Shown here: one piece after another, positions 19,777 to 27,143 of the stretch
Layout of the letters: each line of letters opens with the position of its first letter
Position numbering within the stretch: position 1 is the first letter of the stretch
NCBI GenBank assembly: GCA_049512315.1
Contig: JBEKXF010000004.1
Coordinates: 62,001 to 89,143 of the forward strand
Direction: 5' to 3'
Length of the DNA stretch: 27,143 nt
Source: Candidatus Aminicenantales bacterium
GTDB lineage: Bacteria; Acidobacteriota; Aminicenantia; Aminicenantales; Saccharicenantaceae
Made by a program: the position numbers and the translations under genes
The notes under the pieces: model-generated
The model's database searches: none
What the model was told of the DNA's origin: nothing
Seen by the model: only the letters and a program-made list of their open reading frames with translations

Positions 19777-22143
19777 TCAGAACTCTTCCTTCTTGGCTTT
19801 CCCCCGGTCCATTTCTTTGACGTAGGCCCTGCGGTCGACGAGGATCTCCCGGGGCTTGCTCCCTTCCGAAGGGCCGATGATCCCCTCATCCTGCATCTGG
19901 TCGATGATCCGGGCCGCCCGGGCGTAGCCCAGCTTCAGCCGGCGCTGGAGGTGGGAGGCCGAGGCCTGGCCCGAGACCATCACCTGGCGGACGGCCTCGT
20001 CATAAAGCTCGTCCTTTTCGTCCGAATCACCCATGAGTTTGTCGGCGTCCCCGCGGACGACCTGGATGATCCTCTCGTCGAACGTCGGGGTCCCCTGGGT
20101 CTTGACGAACTTGACCAGGCGCCGGACCTCGGGGATGGAGATGTAGGCGCAATGAAGGCGGATCAGCCGGGGGAAGTTCGGCGGCAGGAAGAGCATATCC
20201 CCCATGCCGAGGAGCTTGTCGGCGCCCCCCGTGTCGATGATGATCCGGGAATCGACCTTCGAGGGGACCCGGAACGCGACCCGGCAGGAGAAGTTGTTCT
20301 TGATCGTCCCGGTGATGACGTCGATCGACGGCCGCTGGGTGGCCATGACGAGATGGATGCCGACGGCCCGGGCGAGCTGGGCCAGCCGGCCGATGAAGAA
20401 CTCGACCTCCTGGGCGCCGACCATCATCAGCTCGGCCAGCTCGTCGATGATGATGACGATGTAGGGAAGGGGCTGGAAGGCGTCCCGCTCCTCGTCGGTG
20501 AGCTTGCCCTTCTTCTCGGCCAGGATCTGCTTCATCTGCTGGTTGTACTGGTCGATGTTCCGGACCTTGACCCCTTGGAGCTTCTTGTAGCGCTCCTCCA
20601 TCTTCCGGACGATGTCCATGAGCACGACGTGGGCCTTTTTGGGGTCGTTGATGACCGGGCAGAGGAGGTGGGGGATGTCCTCGTAGAGCGTAAACTCGAG
20701 GCGCTTGGGGTCGATGAGGACGAGCTTCACCTCTTCCGGGGTCGACTTGTACAGGATGCTGGCGATGAGGGCGTTGAGGGCGACGCTCTTGCCCGTCCCC
20801 GTCGACCCGGCGATGAGGAGGTGGGGCATGACCGCCAGGTCCGTGATGTACACCCCGCCGTGGACGTCCTTGCCCAGGGCGAAGGTCAGCTTGGACGGCG
20901 ATTCGAGGAACTTCTCCGACTCGATGATGTCGCGGAGCTTGATCGTCTCCCGCTTGTTGTTCGGGATCTCGACGCCCAGGGACGACTTGCCCGGGATCCG
21001 CTGGATGCGGACGGACTCGGCCTCCAAGGCCAGGGAGAGGTCCTCGGTGAGGTTGGCGACCTGGCTGACCTTGATCCCCGGCGCCGGGAAGAACTCGTAG
21101 GTTGTGATCACGGGCCCGGGGTGATACTCGCGGACGTCGCCCTCGATTCCGAACTCCTTGAGCTTCTCCTCGATCCGGCGCTTCTTGTCGTAGAGTTCCT
21201 CCTTGTCGACCTTCTCCGCCGGCTTACCCGGGTCGAGGAGGTTGAACGGCGGGAAGTGGTACTCGCCCTTCCTGCCGAGGTCGGGGAAGAGGAGGTTTTC
21301 AGGCGGCGGGGGAGCCACGGGCCGGGGCGCCGGGGGGCCCTCCCGGGCGGCTTTCCGGGCCTCCTTCTCCATCCTCTTTTTCTCCCTCTCCCTCTCCTTC
21401 TCCGCTTTCTTTTCGGCCTTCGGGTCCGGCTTGCCCCCGGTTTCGCCCTCCCCTGCGGGCGAGGCCGGCTCGGCGTACTTCTTCAGGACCTTCTCCCTCA
21501 TCCTGTCCCGCTCCTTGTTCTTCTGGTAACGGGTGACCCTGATCCGGACCTGTTTGACGGTCGTGTCGAAGGTCCCTTTGAAGAAATGGAGCGTTTTCCC
21601 GAGCGACCAGCGGGTGGAGAAGAGGAGGAAGAGGCCGAGCGCGGCTAGGAGGAAGATGAACGAGCCGACCGTGCTCAGGTACCGTTCGAGAAAAATCAGG
21701 GCGGAATATCCGATGATGCCGCCCGCCTGGATGACCGTGCCCCTGAAGGGGATCCTCTGGAAAAGGAGCGCAGCCAAGGGACAGATGATCAGAAAGAACA
21801 GCAAGACGAAACCCAGGCGGCGAAGGAGGCCGCCGGCCGTGCCCCGGAGGACGGCCTTGACCGCCACGTAGCCGAGGCCGAACGGAAAGAGGAAGACCAC
21901 GAACCCGAGGAACCAGAGGAGGGCGTCGGCGAAGTATGCGCCGACGTGGCCGGCAAAGTTGCGGACGTGATGGCCTTGCGGCGGGACGTTGGCGAACGAC
22001 GGGTCCTTGGAGTCGTAGCTGATGAGGCTGATCAGGGAGAAGAGAGCGAAAAATAAAAGGACGAGGCCGGTGATCTCGACAGCCCGGCTCTGTTTGCGGG
22101 CCGCGGGCTTCCCGTTCGCGCCGCCCTTCTTCGCGTTCTTCAT
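19777..22143 (-). CDS. ftsK: DNA translocase FtsK/SpoIIIE
   Basis: N-terminal 4TM domain, PHLLIAGSTGTGKSV, IDELAELM, ATQRPS, gamma domain LQRRLKLGYARAARI. Confidence 0.96.
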   Translation of the reverse strand: MKNAKKGGANGKPAARKQSRAVEITGLVLLFFALFSLISLISYDSKDPSFANVPPQGHHVRNFAGHVGAYFADALLWFLGFVVFLFPFGLGYVAVKAVLRGTAGGLLRRLGFVLLFFLIICPLAALLFQRIPFRGTVIQAGGIIGYSALIFLERYLSTVGSFIFLLAALGLFLLFSTRWSLGKTLHFFKGTFDTTVKQVRIRVTRYQKNKERDRMREKVLKKYAEPASPAGEGETGGKPDPKAEKKAEKEREREKKRMEKEARKAAREGPPAPRPVAPPPPENLLFPDLGRKGEYHFPPFNLLDPGKPAEKVDKEELYDKKRRIEEKLKEFGIEGDVREYHPGPVITTYEFFPAPGIKVSQVANLTEDLSLALEAESVRIQRIPGKSSLGVEIPNNKRETIKLRDIIESEKFLESPSKLTFALGKDVHGGVYITDLAVMPHLLIAGSTGTGKSVALNALIASILYKSTPEEVKLVLIDPKRLEFTLYEDIPHLLCPVINDPKKAHVVLMDIVRKMEERYKKLQGVKVRNIDQYNQQMKQILAEKKGKLTDEERDAFQPLPYIVIIIDELAELMMVGAQEVEFFIGRLAQLARAVGIHLVMATQRPSIDVITGTIKNNFSCRVAFRVPSKVDSRIIIDTGGADKLLGMGDMLFLPPNFPRLIRLHCAYISIPEVRRLVKFVKTQGTPTFDERIIQVVRGDADKLMGDSDEKDELYDEAVRQVMVSGQASASHLQRRLKLGYARAARIIDQMQDEGIIGPSEGSKPREILVDRRAYVKEMDRGKAKKEEF

Positions 22144-22150
22144 TGGCGGA

Positions 22151-22159
22151 ATTATATCA
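22151..22159 (-). promoter_or_regulatory. Extended -10 promoter of ftsK, probably leaderless
   Basis: Minus strand TG-A-TATAAT, with the TGA doubling as the rsmA stop codon; 7 nt to the ATG and no SD. Confidence 0.55.
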
Positions 22160-22960
22160 TAATTGGAGAAACGGGCGGAGGGCGTTGAAGAGGGTGGCGA
22201 AGGCGTCAGGGGTAACCTGCTCGGCCCGGACGTTCGGCAGGAGGCCGCATCGCTCGAAGGCGGCGGTGAGGGCGCCGACGTCCACGCGCCTCTCCAGGTT
22301 CTTCCGGAGCTGCTTCCGCCGCTCGGAGAAGGCGGACCGCAGGAACGCCGCGTATTTCGGATCGTCGGCGCCAGCGTGGAGCGGGGCCGGCCTCCGGCGG
22401 AGGGAAAGGAGAGCCGACTGGACCTCAGGAGGCGGCGAGAACGAGCCGGGGGCGACCGTGAACTCGACCCGAGCCTCGAAATAATTCTGGAGAAGGATGG
22501 ACAGGGGCGCGTATTTCTTGGATCCCGGCCCGGCCGGGATGCGGGCCGCGACCTCCTTCTGGAGGAGGAAGACGCAGTCCGTGAAAAGGTCCCGCTCCTC
22601 GAGGACCCTGCGGAGGATCGGCGACGAGATCGAGTAGGGGAGGTTGCCGGCGACGCGGACCGCGGGGATCCCTGCGGCCCGGAGGGTGCCGCGGAAATCG
22701 AACGTCAGGGCATCCCCCTCCACGACTTCGACATTCCCGGGGACGGCTTTCCTGAGCCCGGGGATGAGCCGCCCGTCCTTCTCGATGGCGATCACCCGCC
22801 CGGCCCTTTCCGCCAGGGCGGCGGTCAGGATCCCCTTGCCGGCGCCGATCTCGATGAGGACGTCCTCCCTCCGGGGCGAGATGACGTCGACGATCTTCCG
22901 GAGGACGGCCGGGCTGGCCAGGAAATGCTGTCCGAGGGCATGCCTTCGCGATTTTTTCAT
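22157..22960 (-). CDS. rsmA: 16S rRNA adenine dimethyltransferase RsmA/KsgA
   Basis: LGQHFL, IEIGAGKG, GNLPYSISS, LQKEVA, FSPPPEVQSA, RRKQL. Confidence 0.95.
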   Translation of the reverse strand: MKKSRRHALGQHFLASPAVLRKIVDVISPRREDVLIEIGAGKGILTAALAERAGRVIAIEKDGRLIPGLRKAVPGNVEVVEGDALTFDFRGTLRAAGIPAVRVAGNLPYSISSPILRRVLEERDLFTDCVFLLQKEVAARIPAGPGSKKYAPLSILLQNYFEARVEFTVAPGSFSPPPEVQSALLSLRRRPAPLHAGADDPKYAAFLRSAFSERRKQLRKNLERRVDVGALTAAFERCGLLPNVRAEQVTPDAFATLFNALRPFLQL

Positions 22961-23051
22961 GGGTCACGGTCCCGGCGATTTTTTGCCGCCGGCGCCTATG
23001 ATACCGCTTTTGGACCTCAGGGGCCATCCCGCCCTCCGCGGGTCCTTCGGA

Positions 23052-23080
23052 TTGACGGCCGCCCCCCTTGTGCTTATAAT
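23052..23080 (+). promoter_or_regulatory. Near-consensus sigma70 promoter for the small peptide
   Basis: TTGACG(23052-23057)-17 bp-TATAAT(23075-23080). Confidence 0.7.
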
Positions 23081-23111
23081 TGAGCCCTCGGATACATGTG
23101 AGGTTATCGAG

Positions 23112-23198
23112 ATGCGCGCCAAGAAGATCCTCCTGTTCGCGCTGGGCGTCTTCGCCGCCGTGGCGGCCTTCCTCTCCATCAGGAAGCTGAAGAAATAG
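23112..23198 (+). CDS. Putative 28-aa single-pass membrane peptide MRAKKILLFALGVFAAVAAFLSIRKLKK
   Basis: Own promoter, GAGGT SD at 23100-23104, host-like GC3 codons, hydrophobic core flanked by Lys/Arg. Confidence 0.6.
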   Translation: MRAKKILLFALGVFAAVAAFLSIRKLKK

Positions 23199-23240
23199 GC
23201 CCGGTCCCGCCGGGCGTTCGAGGCCTCCCGCGCCGCTCCG

Positions 23241-23274
23241 CCCGGGCCGGGGGTTTGACAAGGGCCCGGGTTTT
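23241..23274 (+). terminator. Possible intrinsic terminator hairpin after the small peptide
   Basis: CCCGGGCC(23241-23248)/GGCCCGGG(23263-23270) stem, 14-nt loop, followed by TTTT. Confidence 0.35.
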
Positions 23275-23283
23275 CAATACATT
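23255..23283 (+). promoter_or_regulatory. Putative sigma70 promoter for receiver protein-accD-folC
   Basis: TTGACA(23255-23260)-17 bp-TACATT(23278-23283). Confidence 0.6.
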
Positions 23284-23300
23284 ACATTGAGCGTCCGCCC

Positions 23301-23777
23301 ATGGCCGAAAAGAAAATATTGATCATCGACTATGACGCCCAGAGCCTGGACTCTCTGACCAAGCTGGTCAAATCGCAGAAGATCCAGGTCGTCACCGCCC
23401 CCGACGGCCAGGCCGGCTACGAAAAATTCCGCTCGGAGAGGCCGGACCTCGTCATCCTGGAGGCGATCCTGCCCAAGGTCCACGGCTTCGACCTGACGAA
23501 GAAGATCACCCAGGAGTCCGGCGGCCAGGTGCCCGTCGTGATCGTGACGGGCCTTTACAAGGGGCCCCAGTACCGGCACGAGGCGATCGCTACGTTCGGA
23601 GCGTCGGACTATTTCGAGAAGCCGGTGGACCCCGACCGCTTCATCGAAACGGTCCGGCAGCTGATGCGCGACGAAGAAGAGATCGAGGAAACCCTCCCCG
23701 ACCCGGCCACGGTCATCGAGAACCTTTCCCAGCGGGTGAGGGATAAGGCCGCCCAGGGAAAGGGGAAAGATGACTAG
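23301..23777 (+). CDS. Single-domain atypical response regulator receiver (Asp-less)
   Basis: CheY-like pattern KILIID..., PDLVILEAILPKVHG, VVIVTG, GASDYFEKP; Glu occupies the phospho-Asp position. Confidence 0.85.
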   Translation: MAEKKILIIDYDAQSLDSLTKLVKSQKIQVVTAPDGQAGYEKFRSERPDLVILEAILPKVHGFDLTKKITQESGGQVPVVIVTGLYKGPQYRHEAIATFGASDYFEKPVDPDRFIETVRQLMRDEEEIEETLPDPATVIENLSQRVRDKAAQGKGKDD

Positions 23778-23795
23778 GATCGAAGGACGGCGCGC

Positions 23796-24587
23796 ATGAC
23801 GAGCCTCTGGAGCCGCTGCAACAACTGCCAGCACATCCTCTACAAGCAGGACATCCTCGACAACCTCTATGTCTGCCCGTCCTGCAATTTCCATTTCCGG
23901 ATCTCGGCTGAGGACCGGCTCGGGATGCTGTTCGACGACGGAACGTACGAAGTCCAGGACGCCGGCATCCACTCCGTCGACGCCCTCCATTTCGTCGACA
24001 CGAAACGGTACGTCGACCGGCTCGCCGAGAGCGAGCAGAAGGTGGGCCTCGCGGAAGCCATCATCACGGCCAGGGGAACGATGGCTGGCATCCCCATCTA
24101 CGTTCTGGCCATGGAATTCGGCTTCCTGGGCGGGAGCGTGGCCTCGGTGGTCGGTGAAAAGATCGCTCGGGCCTGCGAACGGGCCATCGAGGAGCACCGC
24201 CCCGTCATTATCGTTTCCTGCTCCGGCGGCATGCGGATGCAGGAGGGGATGCTCTCGCTCATGCAGATGGCCAAGACGAGCGCGGCCATCGCCCGGCTCG
24301 GCGAGGCAAAGCTTCCCTACATTTCGGTCATGGCCGACCCGACGACGGGGGGAACGACGGCCAGCTTCGCCATGCTCGGCGACATCAACATTGCCGAGCC
24401 CCAGGCCCTGATCGGGTTCGCCGGCCCGCGCGTCATCGAACAGACGATCAAGGAAAAGCTTCCCAAGGGCTTCCAGAGGGCGGAATTCCTCCTCAGCCAC
24501 GGGATGCTCGATGACGTCGTCGAACGAAAAAGCCTGAGGCCTTACCTGATCAAAGCCCTCCGCCTCTTCCTCAACTGGCCTCAATGA
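23796..24587 (+). CDS. accD: Acetyl-CoA carboxylase carboxyltransferase beta subunit
   Basis: Zn finger LWSRCNNC...VCPSC, FLGGS, SGGMRMQEG, PTTGGTTASFAMLGD, GFAGPRVIEQT. Confidence 0.96.
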   Translation: MTSLWSRCNNCQHILYKQDILDNLYVCPSCNFHFRISAEDRLGMLFDDGTYEVQDAGIHSVDALHFVDTKRYVDRLAESEQKVGLAEAIITARGTMAGIPIYVLAMEFGFLGGSVASVVGEKIARACERAIEEHRPVIIVSCSGGMRMQEGMLSLMQMAKTSAAIARLGEAKLPYISVMADPTTGGTTASFAMLGDINIAEPQALIGFAGPRVIEQTIKEKLPKGFQRAEFLLSHGMLDDVVERKSLRPYLIKALRLFLNWPQ

Positions 24588-25876
24588 ACCCCGGTGAGTG
24601 CCGGGACTATCTCGGCCATCTCCAGCATTTTGGCATCAAGCTCGGCCTCGAGAACATTACCATTCTCCTCGCGGCCCTGGGCGACCCGCACCGGAGCTTC
24701 CCGGCCGTCCACGTGGCAGGGACCAACGGCAAGGGCTCGGTCTCGGCCATGCTCGACAGGATCCTCCGGAACCACGGATTCCGCACCGGCCTCTACACCT
24801 CCCCCCATCTCGTGAGCGTCGAGGAGAGGGTCCGGGTCAACGGCGAGCGGATCGGGCCCGGGAAATTTTGTGTCCTCCTCGACCGGATCAGAGAGACGAT
24901 TGACGACTTGATGGCGGCCGGGTGCCTCGTCTACCATCCGACGTTCTTCGAGGTCCTGACCGCTCTCGCCTTCCTCCAGTTCGCGGATCGGAAGGTGGAC
25001 GTCGCGGTTCTCGAGACGGGAATGGGCGGCCGCTTCGACGCCACGAACGTCGTCCGGCCCCTCGTCTCCGTGATTACGACGATCTCCCGGGACCACGAGA
25101 AGCATCTGGGTTCGACGCTCCGGCAGATCGCCTTTGAAAAGGCCGGCATCGTCAAGCCCGGCGTCCCGGTCGTCTGCGGGGTCCCGAAGGGCGTCGCTCT
25201 CGGGGTCATCCGCCGCCGCGCCCGCGAGCTCAAGGCCCCCTTCGTCCACGTCTTCGGGCCGCGGACGGCTTTCGAAGGTCGGCGAGCTGGCGCGGGCTTC
25301 CGTTTCCGCTACGCGAGCGGAGCGGACGAGTACATTTTCGCCCCGGCCCTGGCCGGCCGCTATCAGGGCGAGAACGCCGCCGTCGCTATCGCCGCTGCCG
25401 AGATCCTCAGCCGGGTCTGGCGGCCGCTCCAGAAGTCGAAGATCGTCCGCGGCGTCCGCGAGGCGCGCTGGGAAGGCCGGCTGGAAACGGTTTCCCGAAG
25501 GCCCCTGGTCATCCTTGACGGCGCCCATAACGTAGAGGGGGCCGGGTCCCTGGCCGCCCATATCAAGAACGTGATCAGGAGGCCGGTCATCCTCGTCTTT
25601 GCGGCCATGAAGGACAAGGACATCCGGAAGATGGCCCGGCTTCTCTTCCCCCAGGCCCGGACCGTCATCCTGAGCCAGGTCCCCTACAAGCGCTCGGCCC
25701 TGCCGGCCGAGATCCTGGAATCAGCCCGGGAATTCAAGGACAGGATCCTCCTCCAGCCGGACGTGACGAAAGCCGTATGCCTGGCCCTGGCCGAGTCGGC
25801 GTGCCGGACCCCTGTCGTCATCGCCGGCTCCCTCTTCCTCGTCGGCGAAGTCAAGAAGCTCCGGCTGTTCAGCTAG
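24584..25876 (+). CDS. folC: Folylpolyglutamate synthase/dihydrofolate synthase
   Basis: HVAGTNGKGS, YTSPHL, ETGMGGRFDATN, DGAHN, GSLFLVG; follows accD. Confidence 0.96.
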   Translation: MNPGECRDYLGHLQHFGIKLGLENITILLAALGDPHRSFPAVHVAGTNGKGSVSAMLDRILRNHGFRTGLYTSPHLVSVEERVRVNGERIGPGKFCVLLDRIRETIDDLMAAGCLVYHPTFFEVLTALAFLQFADRKVDVAVLETGMGGRFDATNVVRPLVSVITTISRDHEKHLGSTLRQIAFEKAGIVKPGVPVVCGVPKGVALGVIRRRARELKAPFVHVFGPRTAFEGRRAGAGFRFRYASGADEYIFAPALAGRYQGENAAVAIAAAEILSRVWRPLQKSKIVRGVREARWEGRLETVSRRPLVILDGAHNVEGAGSLAAHIKNVIRRPVILVFAAMKDKDIRKMARLLFPQARTVILSQVPYKRSALPAEILESAREFKDRILLQPDVTKAVCLALAESACRTPVVIAGSLFLVGEVKKLRLFS

Positions 25877-25945
25877 CTCCGGCGGCCACGCAAAAACGAT
25901 TTCAGAAAAATAAATGGGTGGCACGGTGCCAGTCCCCGCTTGATA

Positions 25946-26237
25946 AGGGCCTCGGGGGATGGTCGGAACGTCACAAGGCGGATGTGCCTTCCCGAATCGT
26001 TGTTAGAGGAAGAGGCGGACGCAGGGGGGATGTCCCGGAGAAAACATTGAGCGCGACGCGGGCACGGTTCCTCGAGTGTAGCGAGAGGAGAGCGGAGCGA
26101 TCACAGAGTGGGATTCCTCGCTGGGGAATCCCACGTTTTTCGGAGGGACTCCCTCCGAGTCCGCAACCTCCAGAAGAAACGATTCGGGAACGGCGTGAAA
26201 AACCGCGCTCTGGAGTGGAGGCCATCCCCGGGGCCCT
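25946..26237 (+). other. ~290-nt nested inverted-repeat element (candidate structured ncRNA or non-autonomous mobile element)
   Basis: Pairings: 25946-25964 with 26220-26237 (18 bp, two G-U, one bulge); 25989-26001 with 26178-26190 (13 bp perfect); 26015-26020 with 26159-26164; local hairpins 26108-26134 and 26140-26158. Confidence 0.7.
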
Positions 26238-26261
26238 GCAGAGCGAGAGTCCAGGCCAAGG

Positions 26262-26290
26262 TTGATTTTTAACCCCAATGGCGTTAGAAT
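26262..26290 (+). promoter_or_regulatory. Putative sigma70 promoter of the atp operon
   Basis: TTGATT(26262-26267)-17 bp-TAGAAT(26285-26290). Confidence 0.55.
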
Positions 26291-26320
26291 TTCCCTTACT
26301 TTGACACCCGGAATAGGCGA

Positions 26321-26740
26321 TTGAATATAGTCCCTGACGCGACCGTCTTCGTCACGTTCGCCCTCGTCTGGATCCTCGTTCTCGTCCTGTCGCGCGTTTT
26401 CTTCAAGCCCGTCCGGCGCATCCTCGACGAGCGGGCCTCGCGGATCGAAAAGGCGAAGGCGGAGACCGAGAAGACCCTGGCGGCCTATGAACAGGACCTC
26501 CGGCGGATCGAGGACGGCCTGAAGGAGGCCCGGGCCTCGGCGGCCGGGATCCGGGAGCAGGCCGAGCTCGAGGCGCTGAAGGAGAAGAGCCGGCTCCTCC
26601 AGGAGATCCAGGTCGAGTGCCGGGCCCAGGTGGACAAGGCCAAGGCCGAGCTCGACCAACGGGTCGAGACGCTCAAGAAAGAGCTCGACCGAACGACCGA
26701 AGAGCTCTCCGGGGATATCGAGCGAAGGATCCTGAACTGA
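26321..26740 (+). CDS. F0F1 ATP synthase subunit b-prime (AtpF family)
   Basis: TTG start; N-terminal TM, FFKPVRRILDER, charged coiled coil; first of two tandem b-type genes. Confidence 0.85.
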   Translation: MNIVPDATVFVTFALVWILVLVLSRVFFKPVRRILDERASRIEKAKAETEKTLAAYEQDLRRIEDGLKEARASAAGIREQAELEALKEKSRLLQEIQVECRAQVDKAKAELDQRVETLKKELDRTTEELSGDIERRILN

Positions 26741-27143
26741 TGATGCCGCGGAAGCCCTTCGCCGTCGTCCTCGCCGTCCTGCCCCTGCTTCTGTTCATGA
26801 GCGTCGAGGAGACGGGACGGCCGTCGGCCACCATGGACTTCGCCGGGAAAGCCGTCAATTTCGCGATCCTTTTCGGGGGCCTGGCGTTCGTCCTCCGCAA
26901 GCCGCTCGCGGCCATGCTCCGAAAAAGGTCCGCCGACGTCCGGGACGCCATCAGGATGGCCGACGAGGAGAGCGCCGAAGCCGCAAAGAAATACGAAGGG
27001 TCGGAGACGCGGGTGGCGGGGCTCGAGGGGGACGTCCTACGGCTGAAGAGCGAGGCCGAGGAGGAAGCCCGCCGGGAGAAAGACAGGATCGCCCGGCTGG
27101 CCGCCGAGGAGTCCGCTCGGATCCGGCAATTCACCGGTCAGGA
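26740..27143 (+). CDS. atpF: F0F1 ATP synthase subunit b (3' end outside window)
   Basis: MMPRKPFAVVLAVLPLLLF...KAVNFAILFGGLAFVLRKPL...; ATG overlaps the upstream TGA; frame open to the window end. Confidence 0.85.
   Translation, partial: MMPRKPFAVVLAVLPLLLFMSVEETGRPSATMDFAGKAVNFAILFGGLAFVLRKPLAAMLRKRSADVRDAIRMADEESAEAAKKYEGSETRVAGLEGDVLRLKSEAEEEARREKDRIARLAAEESARIRQFTGQ

Noticed and set aside
25919..25935. sigma54 promoter suggested by TGGCAC
   Set aside because: No TTGC -12 element at the required spacing on either strand.
25877..26320. tRNA, tmRNA, RNase P RNA, SRP RNA or CRISPR array in the folC-atp gap; ORFs 25777-26265 and 25971-26225
   Set aside because: No T-loop/CCA cloverleaf, no GAGGAAAGTCC, no regularly spaced direct repeats; the ORFs show no motifs or host codon pattern.
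26301..26331. TTGACA at 26301 as a second atp promoter
   Set aside because: The best -10 (TATAGT) is 19 bp away and lies inside the CDS.

Overview
GC-rich bacterial chromosomal window, mostly housekeeping. The diderm gene content and split ATP synthase operon suggest an Aminicenantes/Acidobacteriota-like lineage (inference only). Gene order: 3' end of hprK, rapZ, EIIA(Man), HPr and EI (a PTS cluster with no transporter in view); on the minus strand tolQ-tolR-tolA-like-tolB-pal-cpoB-ssb-cupin; a decayed KimA/YdaO-like APC transporter pseudogene; an MrfA/Hrq1-type DUF1998 helicase head-to-head with a short UvrA that lacks the insertion domain; holB-PSP1(RicT); an ECF sigma/ZAS anti-sigma pair; ftsK; rsmA; an uncalled 28-aa membrane peptide with its own near-consensus promoter; an Asp-less receiver protein-accD-folC; a ~290-nt intergenic element of nested inverted repeats; and the start of atpF'-atpF. 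The best candidates for something new are the structured element at 25946-26237, the insertion-domain-less UvrA paired with the MrfA helicase, the small peptide, and repeated leaderless or very short-leader promoter geometry. All calls are by eye from motifs; no database search was run.
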